From Octopus vulgaris (lineage: Eukaryota): a DNA stretch of 64,000 nucleotides. The DNA lies in assembly GCA_951406725.2 (NCBI GenBank), contig OX597824.1, forward strand, positions 5,394,001-5,458,000. Reading direction: 5' to 3'. Positions 55,237 to 64,000 of the stretch are shown here, piece by piece (position 1 is the stretch's first letter; each line of letters begins with the position of its first letter). Made by a program: the position numbers and the translations under genes. Below the pieces are notes generated by a model. That model searched no databases, was not told the origin of the DNA, and saw only the letters and a program-made list of their open reading frames with translations.

Positions 55237-55468
55237 ATTTCTTTACTACCCACAAGGGGCTAAACATAAGGGGGACAAACAAGGACAGACAAACGGATTG
55301 AGTCGATTACATCGACCTCAGTGCGTAACTGGTACTTAATTTATCGACCCCGAAAAGATGAAAGGCAAAGTCGACCTCGGCGGAATTTGAACTCAGAACG
55401 TAAAAGCAGACTAAATACTGCTACGCATTTCGTCCGGCGTGCTAACGGTTCTGCCAGCTCGCCGCCTT
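55237..55468 (-). mobile_element. SINE family 3 monomer with TSD
   Basis: TSD CACATACACACTAATACCT at 55218-55236 and 55469-55487. Confidence 0.92.
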
Positions 55469-55623
55469 CACATACACACTAATACCTCCTTCTCTTACAC
55501 TCTCCTGTCCTAGAAAGAACTTTTTCCTTACCCATTCCATTCCGTTCATTTCAAAATATAATCACATGTGAATCGATGGCAATTTTCTTCCCCCGTCTTT
55601 CCTTTCCTATTGGACTTCCCTCT

Positions 55624-55658
55624 GTTTCTGAAGAAGAGCGTTGCTCGAAACGTGAAAC
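55624..55658 (+). ncRNA. Family A hammerhead motif
   Basis: GTTT CTGAAGA A GAGC-GTT-GCTC GAAA CG TG AAAC. Core intact but position 17 is G, so probably non-cleaving. Confidence 0.75.
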
Positions 55659-55964
55659 CATCTTTCTTTACTTCCCTGAGCGGCTGCTAATACTTTACAT
55701 GTACCACGCCCTCGCTTTTTTGTTGTTTTTTTTGTGTTTGTTCATATATATATATATATATTCTTGCATGAATGCGTGTATACGTATATATGCCTGAATG
55801 CAACTCTGCCTCGAAATCTAAATGAAAATCTATGTTCGCCTTTATTTAATTAAATATCCATTAATATTTAATTTGGTATCTAAAAATATGGACAGGTCAT
55901 TCACATTAATTTTCCCATGTGTTTCGAAATGTATGTATATGAAATACTCGTAAACAATAATACG

Positions 55965-56230
55965 GAATAAATTATGCTGTCAATGGTATGGATAGAATTT
56001 CAAAGCTGTACACATTTCTGACTTTTCCATCTGTAAACAAAAATAGCAAAAAAAACACAAAACATTATAAATACTTTATAAACCGCAAAAATAGTTGCAT
56101 TAAAGAATTAGATGTGTCAGCTTTCTAACAAAAAATAAAGATTGATAAAATATAACAATGGCGCAAAATGAGCAGCTGCCAAAGTTTACCATAGACCTTA
56201 CTACAAATTTCATACTTAACGACCTAATAT
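55965..56230 (-). mobile_element. Mariner 5' end (TIR plus start of ORF)
   Basis: Minus strand TATTAGGTCGTTAAGTATGAAATTTGTAG TIR; ATG GAA AAG TCA GAA.. = MEKSEMCTALKFY. Confidence 0.65.
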
Positions 56231-56679
56231 AAGAGAGAGAATTTTCTTCTCTGCCATTTTTGCAGTAAATTTGCCTTTAGAATTTAGGGAAGTGGAAGAG
56301 GATAACTGTTTTGAAACGCACTTATTTCATTTTATTCTTCTTCTCTTTTAGTCAGAATAGAAAACATTTCCCATGACTCTTTTCCTCTGTACCTGGTGGC
56401 AAGGAAGGAAGGAGAATTTTGTCCCCAAACTGGAAACCGGACGCTAAAGACAACCAAGGAGCATGGTGCTGGTGCTGGTGTTGAAATAAGTTTTAAAGTT
56501 TCTTTCAATCAAAGTTTTAGCTTTTTATCGATTTCTCTTGCGGTCCGCCAATGTTAAAAATGTATTTCTGAATGGAGGAACCTATGTCATTTCACAGAAT
56601 GTTTTTGAAAACTGACAATCTTAACTCCATTCAAGGCATTTTATTATATAATCATTTAACCCGCATATTCACAATAGAT

Positions 56680-57072
56680 CCATTCCTATTTTATTGCAAG
56701 ACAACGCCAGACCACACATAAAAAAAATAACATTGGCGAAGCTACAGGAGTTAGAGCTGGAAGTTCTCCATCATCCACCATACTCACCTGATCTTGCCCC
56801 CACTGACTACCACTTCTTCCAGAATTTAGGAATTAGCTTTTTGATAGGAAGAAAATTTAATCGCGACGATGCTGTAAAACAGGCCTTCCAAGATTTTATT
56901 GACTCTAGATTGCCAGGTTTTTACAGTTTCGGGCTGGACAAGCTACCATTGAAATGGCAGAAAGTGTATTGACAGTATGGGTGCATGCTTTGATGAATAA
57001 AACTATTCCTTGTATGTATTAAATATTAGCAAACTTGGTTTTCTACAAATTTCATACTTGGCGACCTAATTA
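56680..57072 (+). mobile_element. Mariner 3' end (DD34D C-terminus plus TIR)
   Basis: LQDNARPH..HPPYSPDLAPTDYHFF; TIR CTACAAATTTCATACTTGGCGACCTAAT. Confidence 0.9.
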
Positions 57073-57544
57073 TAAAAGGTTAAATCATTTGACAAACCTA
57101 TTTTATGTACCATAAGAGAAAATTCTCCGGGATTGTCATTGATTTTTTTTCTTTCCAAATAAACACACGCACTGTATATTCGTTCTTCACTCGCTTATTA
57201 TTGTTCTTATTTTATCGCATATCTCCTGTCTGGAAATCTTTCGTCATTCACCTGTGACCCCTACGTCGACTCTTCCATCCCACCTGACACCCCTCATTTC
57301 TGTTTAGAACGTCCTCTAAAGTAACTGCAATGAATTTGCCTTTAGAATTTAAAATGTCATAAACATATCATTTCTAACCTACAGACAGACACACACACAC
57401 ACACACACCGAATCTTATACTTGAGATAATCATAAATGTTTGGGGGTTGAAGGGAATAGTAGGGGACGAGAGGCAGCTTGGTGAATACACCAAATTATAC
57501 AGGTCTGTAAATACATTCGAAAGATGGTGAGGAGATCAGCAATG

Positions 57545-57625
57545 GATATTCTGTTATTATTATTATTATTATCATCATCATCATCATCATCACCGTCACC
57601 ACAATCATCATCATCATCATCATCA

Positions 57626-57671
<46 letters not shown>

Positions 57672-57741
57672 CATCATCATCATCATCATCATCATCACCA
57701 TCACCATCATCATCACCATCATCATCATCATCATCATTTTT

Positions 57742-57809
<68 letters not shown>

Positions 57810-57810
57810 G
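57545..57810. repeat. (ATT)n/(ATC)n compound microsatellite
   Basis: Seen directly. Confidence 0.95.
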
Positions 57811-58203
57811 TTTATATATTTGTTTGCAAGATTCTTGATGCGAAATCATGTGTTGAAACAGATATTGTTGTATTTAGGGATGGCCATGTTGCCAGTTTAA
57901 CCAATAAAAACACACGCACTATATATTTTGTGTTAATTTGCTTTAGCTTTATTTTATTTTTTTACATTAATCTTATTTCGGCCAGAGTTCTTTCGTCATC
58001 TCATCAGTGGTCTATTTTCTGCGATAAGAAAGAAAGAAGCAAAGGACCACTGATGGGGTCACAGGAGTGTGACGAAAGAACTCTGGCCGAAATAAGATTA
58101 TTGTAAAAAATAAAATAAAGCTGAAGCAAATTAACACCAAATATATAGTGCGTGTGTTTTTATTGGCTAAACTGGCAACATGACCCATCCCTAAATACAA
58201 CAA

Positions 58204-58207
<4 letters not shown>
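57810..58207. mobile_element. Fold-back HHR element (family E) inside (ATT)n
   Basis: Arms 57862-58012 and 58044-58207. Plus HHR CCA CTGATGG G GTCAC-AGGAGT-GTGAC GAAA G AA CTC TGG (58047-58086); minus HHR CCA CTGATGA G ATGA C GAAA G AA CTC TGG (57982-58010). Decayed relative at 57160-57280. Confidence 0.85.
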
Positions 58208-58284
<77 letters not shown>

Positions 58285-59059
58285 CATTATTCTTATCACA
58301 ATTGTCATGGTTGGAACGTTCTCGTCAATATTGTTGAGTTTGAGGAAATTTTGAAGAGTTGCAAAAACCGTTATGTCTGACAGACTAATTTTCTGGGTTG
58401 CATCAATTTATATATTTCACATAATTGAATTCTACGGTTTTTATTACCCGGTGTTTAATAAACTTTAATAAGACTTCACAAATGAAACAAATTATTCTCA
58501 TCAATATAATTCTTTCCAGTCTCATTGAAATATCCAATATTTTTCCTTGACATTTATTGAATCTACACAAAATAGTATTTGGCCAGAATTAGCTATTTTC
58601 CAAGATTAAGATACTAATACGATATAAGTGATAGTTCTCGAACAATCGATGCTTGTAATAATCATTTTATTTTCATTTTTATTTTAAAAACCAATATTCT
58701 TTTCAGTCACTAGAAATATTTATCAAGGAAAATTGGAAAGTGTTGCAGCTATGGATAGGAACAATAAGATTATGCGTCAAAATTCTGAGGAATCCTATTT
58801 ACCTCTCAACAATTCTAAACCGTGGTAGTTCGGAGTATACTATGATAATATTCCAAAATTAGAATAAGGGATAATTAGCTATGCTATAACGTTGATTACA
58901 AATCTGCTAAATGAGACAAAGATGTAGATCAACTACATCAAATAATAGAAATGTTCCACGTGTTAGGCTATAACAAATTTTAATAATTTCTTTATTCCGC
59001 GGGACAACTTCAATGTATGTATATATATATATATTCAGAAAAATTATATTACATACATA

Positions 59060-59548
59060 TAAGAGGGATTACCGCTAAGTGGACTATTAATCAAATTAAT
59101 ATTAATTTTTTCACCTTTATTACTTTAAATTTAAATAACTATGTTCTCTAACCGGCAAAATACACTGCAGGGAATTATCTTCTGCAGAATTATTTCCGGT
59201 ATTTTGGCGCGCCAAAACGATGACTTTTGAAATATAACCCCAAATGTAATTGGTAGAAATATATACATGTTCATTCTCAAGCGGACGTCCCGTGTATAGT
59301 TCTGCAAATTATATTTTGCTATGACGATCACCCTCACGAGTTGCAGACGTCTACCTAAGTGACTACATATGTGATAACAACGAAACTGGTTTGTGATTAA
59401 TCTGTATATTTTGTATCGTTTCATTTGTCTTCCTCGTTTACCTTCTGGCGTTTGCTAAATTTTCTTGAGAACATTCCTTTCTTAGTGGTAAGGCCATAGG
59501 GGGTCGACTTCTAGCATATGGATGTCCACTTAGTGGTCATGCATCCTA
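59060..59548. mobile_element. MITE-like element
   Basis: 25 bp imperfect TIRs (20/25 match by eye) ending ACCRCTAAGTGGAC; no ORF. Confidence 0.65.
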
Positions 59549-59549
59549 A

Positions 59550-59614
<65 letters not shown>

Positions 59615-59617
59615 CCT

Positions 59618-59839
59618 GTGTATTGAGAATAATGAGGTAGTCAGAATATTGGATGAGTATATATATATTTTTATTTACATTTTTTAGCACTTTCTTATGT
59701 TACTAGATTTATCAAAAAAGTGGTTTTGTGATAAACCACTTTTTTGATAAATCCGATAACGGAAGAAAGCGCTAAAAATGTAAATAAAAATGTGTATAAT
59801 CATCCAACATTCTGACTACCTTGTTATTCGCAACATACG
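59618..59839. mobile_element. Fold-back element with HHR-like motif (family F)
   Basis: ~105 bp arms around a 6 nt loop. TTTT TTGATAA A TCCG-ATAA-CGGA A GAAA GCGC TA AAAA at 59740-59778. Confidence 0.7.
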
Positions 59840-60542
59840 ATATGTGTACACACAAACTATATATATATATATCCGTTTATCCGTGTTTGATCACCCTCTT
59901 TGAAACCACAAAACTGTGGACTTGCTTGCGATTAAATCACTTCTTACAATTACTGTATTAATGCAAAATACATATCGATTAGAGAGGAGAAGGCCATCGT
60001 CGTCGTAACGGTGACTTAGGAGAGCGACGGATGCGTTTCGCCTTTGTGGAAGATTTTCAATATTCGATCATAACCTTATTAAATAAAATTCGTGCTTTGA
60101 TTTTTTATTTAGGAACCTGTGAAAAACAACATTCTTTAAGATATCTCAGCAAAGGGGAAACGCGTCTACCTTCCTAGTAAGTCTGCTGTGACGATGTTTC
60201 TCCCGCTCTCTTTTATATAATATTCTTAACATAAGTTTATGAAGAGATCTTACCCCGTAGACAATTCTAAAACTTCATGTCATCTAGATGCGATTGGTTC
60301 ACTGCATATAGAATGAATGGTAGTGGAATGCAGGCAGCAGAAACTTTCTTCCTTAGACAATTATATACGACATTTCTTTCTCATCTCAGAGACTTTATTG
60401 TCATTTCACACAACGTTTATTTCCTATTTTATCGGAAAATAAATATTTTAAACTTTCTTCAGATCGTTGCAGAAGATATTAAACTGAAGATGTATTTCTC
60501 TACTTTGAACTCTGTCGCTGTTTCCTTTTGTCTCGGCATCTA

Positions 60543-60720
60543 TCTTTTATCTTTCACTTGTTTCAGTCATTGAACTGCGGCCATGCTGTGGCACCGCCTT
60601 GAAGAGTTTTAGTCGAACGAAACAATCCCAGTCCTTTTCTAAAGCCTGATATTTTATCGGCTTCCTAAGCTAAAACGCTAGTGTACGGGGTCGTAAACAA
60701 ACCAACGCCGTCTGTCAACT
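60543..60720 (-). mobile_element. SINE family 2 tail, diverged
   Basis: TTGTTTCAGTCATTGAACTGCGGCCATGCTG matches 14803-14835. Confidence 0.7.
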
Positions 60721-62176
60721 AGTGGTGGCAAAGAAACACAAACAAAAAGACCCACTTATATATAACATAATGTTGAAGTAATGCACTGGCAGTGTTCCAG
60801 CATGGCCACAGTCTCAGGGTTGCAACATATAAAAGAATAATATTACGTCTGATGGCAAAAAATAATACGTACGTACAATTAGATGTCAGATTCATTTTCA
60901 GCATTTCTCAAAACGTTTTTTGTCGAACTCTTGTGAGCTTAACTCCAGTCGCATTCAATTCTACCCTTACACTCTGTAAATATGTCACGTGTGAAAAGAC
61001 ACGAGTGAAAAGTAAGTGACAATCTGGAAATAAATGTGAAGTCGACCAATGAAAAGAGAAAAACAGATGAATAGTAAACATAAGCTACTCTAAATCACAA
61101 ATAAGGAACTGGCTCATGTAAAAGACTGAACCACGCAAAAGAATGAAATCATTTCAACCTGTATATAAAAATGAACCTCAGGAGCAAAATGGAGAACGTC
61201 TACTGATTGCAAGGATGTTGAAAAGTTACGAGAAAATGAATCCAGTTTAACAAAGCATTCTACTCTATACATTATGTTGATAATTCTCCCCTTATTTCGG
61301 TGACAGACTATAAAATATCAGTGTCCCTGCAACTGTATGTATATGTGTATGTGTGTTTGTGTGTATGTGTAAGTGTTTGTTTCTCATAGAATTTCCTGGA
61401 CACAGAGTACATTATACCAGATTATATTGTCTCCAGTCTCATATATAACCATGTGTACTACATTGCTATATTTATGCATCGTATATAACTTCACAAATGA
61501 CCAGAATGCAGTGCAAGTCGCAAATACTCTATATTCATATGTACGTGCACGCACACACATATCTGTATATCTACATAGAATGATACAAACGCACTCGCAA
61601 ACATACATGCAAACACACATATTTGTATAGAAAATGAAAGAAAGAGAGAGAGAGAGAGATGCATCCATATTAATGGCAATACAACATATTTACTAAATGG
61701 TTTATTATTACAAAGTTTATGTCCATAGCAAAAGTGTATCTCTGTCGTAATATAAATTCATAAAACGATGGTGGATTTGTAAAAACCGGTAGAGTGTCTG
61801 ATTGAAGTCTGCCATATTTAATAACTTGCCTGTACGTCCTGATTTGAAATCCAACCGATTCAACTTTGCCTCTTATCATCTTCTCAGGATCGATAGAATA
61901 TGTACTACCCTACTACAAGTAATCGATAACATTGAATTTCCTCGTTTAACATATTTACTGATTCTCTGTCGGCGGAGAAACCAATATATGATTACGTAAT
62001 GGATGCGCAATAATAAACTCCGGCGTAATATATAGTGTTACTAATATGTAATCATCTCTGTCTGGTTTCCTTATATATATATATATATATATGTGTGTAT
62101 ATATATGTATATATATATGTGTGTGTGTGTATAAATATATATATATGTGTGTGTATAAATATATATATATATATAG

Positions 62177-62216
<40 letters not shown>

Positions 62217-62277
62217 GTAATATATATGTATATAAGTATATATACGTATAAATAAATATATATACGTATGTATATAC

Positions 62278-62332
<55 letters not shown>

Positions 62333-63139
62333 GGGGGAAATCTACTGCCGACTGTTGGTGCTGTACATATATGCATACGCACACAAACATACACACGTGT
62401 GTGTGTATTTATATATGAGCAATATAAATCTATATCTATATCTATCTATGTTTATGTTTATGCGTTTATGAAGACGTGTTAGGACAGACAGGTCAACGTA
62501 TCAAGATTCGTATTCATGTCGCTTCATCGATATCATCTCCCTGTATGTTGAATTTATGATTTGTTCCCAATTGCCGCGTCCTCTTAATGGTTAATACCAA
62601 TCGTGATATGATAAGAGTCATATCGAAAGAAGAGAATTGAACATTTGGCTGTTACCTTGTTAGCTGTTTGTTTTTAGAAAAATAAAAGATTCGACCCAAG
62701 TAGGAAACCCATTCTTTATTTAGTGAAATCTAAATGACTTCTACGGTATTTTAAAGCAGAGCATGGAGAGCCAGAACGACCACTGCAAAAACCGATGCTC
62801 TGTTGACTTAGACAATTGGCCGCCCTAATCTGTAGTATATGGCACGCACGAAGAAGGTTATGTTAATAAGTGTACCAGTTTCTGAAACAACTTCGATGTT
62901 GAATTGGGACTAGAATATGTTGGAAATTATTTCGGATATGCAATCCGAAACCCAAAATAAATAAATGACAGAGAGGCAAGGAATTACCTCTTGAATCTTC
63001 CAAATAGTGATTTTACTGAAAAATGGATAATTGCGATTGGAATGACAGGAATAAATTGCAATTTATTAGTTGTGTCAAGCACAATGTTATAATCTGTAAA
63101 TTCTAAAGTTATTATAAATGAAATACAAACGTGTTTTAA

Positions 63140-63192
<53 letters not shown>

Positions 63193-63209
63193 GATGATGA
63201 TGATGGCGA

Positions 63210-63240
<31 letters not shown>

Positions 63241-63402
63241 GATGATCACAATGATGATGATGATAGTGGTGGTCGTTGTGGTGGTGTTGTTGATGATGAT
63301 GATGATAGTGGTGGTCGTTGTGGTGGTGTTGATGATGATGATCACAATGATGATGGTGGTGATAGTGGTGGTGGTTGTGGTGGTGGTGGTGTTGATGAGG
63401 AC

Positions 63403-63441
<39 letters not shown>

Positions 63442-63560
63442 AGTAATGGTGACGACAGTGATGACGATGTTAGTGGCAGCGACGGTGGGGACGATGGGAA
63501 CGATGGGTGATGGTGATGATGATAAAAGTGTTAATGTTGATGATAACGATGTTGACAATG
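63140..63560. repeat. (GAT)n/(GGT)n trinucleotide array
   Basis: Seen directly; followed by (ATT)n(GTT)n at 63695-63830. Confidence 0.95.
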
Positions 63561-63709
63561 ATAGTGAGGGGTGGTCATGAAAAGATCGGCGAAGACAATA
63601 ATGAAGAATTCAGATGAAAGTTTTAATTACATTTATGGCGATGGCAGCATGAAGTACTATAATATTCCATATTTATTTTTTTAAAACCAATTATTAATAT
63701 TATTATTAC

Positions 63710-63770
<61 letters not shown>

Positions 63771-63789
63771 GTTGTTGTTGTTGTTGTTG

Positions 63790-63822
<33 letters not shown>

Positions 63823-64000
63823 GTTGTTGAGAGGGATAATACTGATTAGATGAACATATATATCTAATTACAGAAAGTGCGGTCGTAATTTGTCATTAAA
63901 ATCTGTTAATTTTTATTGAACAATAACAAAATAAATAATGCAACACAATAAAACTCTAATTATAAAGTTGTCTTTCAAGTTAGAATACTCTTCGTTGTAA

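Overview
AT-rich, microsatellite-dense animal genomic DNA; the SINE repertoire suggests a cephalopod (octopus-like) genome, which is an inference. No host protein-coding gene can be supported, and almost all ORFs in the track are translations of simple repeats. Real coding remnants are all transposon-derived: a Penelope-like element (PLE; RT plus GIY-YIG, 2608-3815) inside a ~0.9 kb inverted repeat, further PLE fragments, four mariner fragments, two R4/Dong-type RLE LINE fragments and one CR1/L2-type RT fragment. Also present are three tRNA-derived SINE families, non-autonomous Helitrons and a MITE. The main hidden signal is about 20 minimal type I hammerhead-ribozyme (HHR) motifs from about 7 sequence families. 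Most have self-complementary stem III, most sit in fold-back (inverted) units, and most are inserted in microsatellites. One family joins a tRNA-like Pol III head, an (AAT)n spacer and an HHR, and all three of its loci carry the PLE-type inverted 3' copy. This is a candidate PLE-mobilised tRNA-hammerhead SINE. All folds were read by eye and coordinates are approximate to a few bases.
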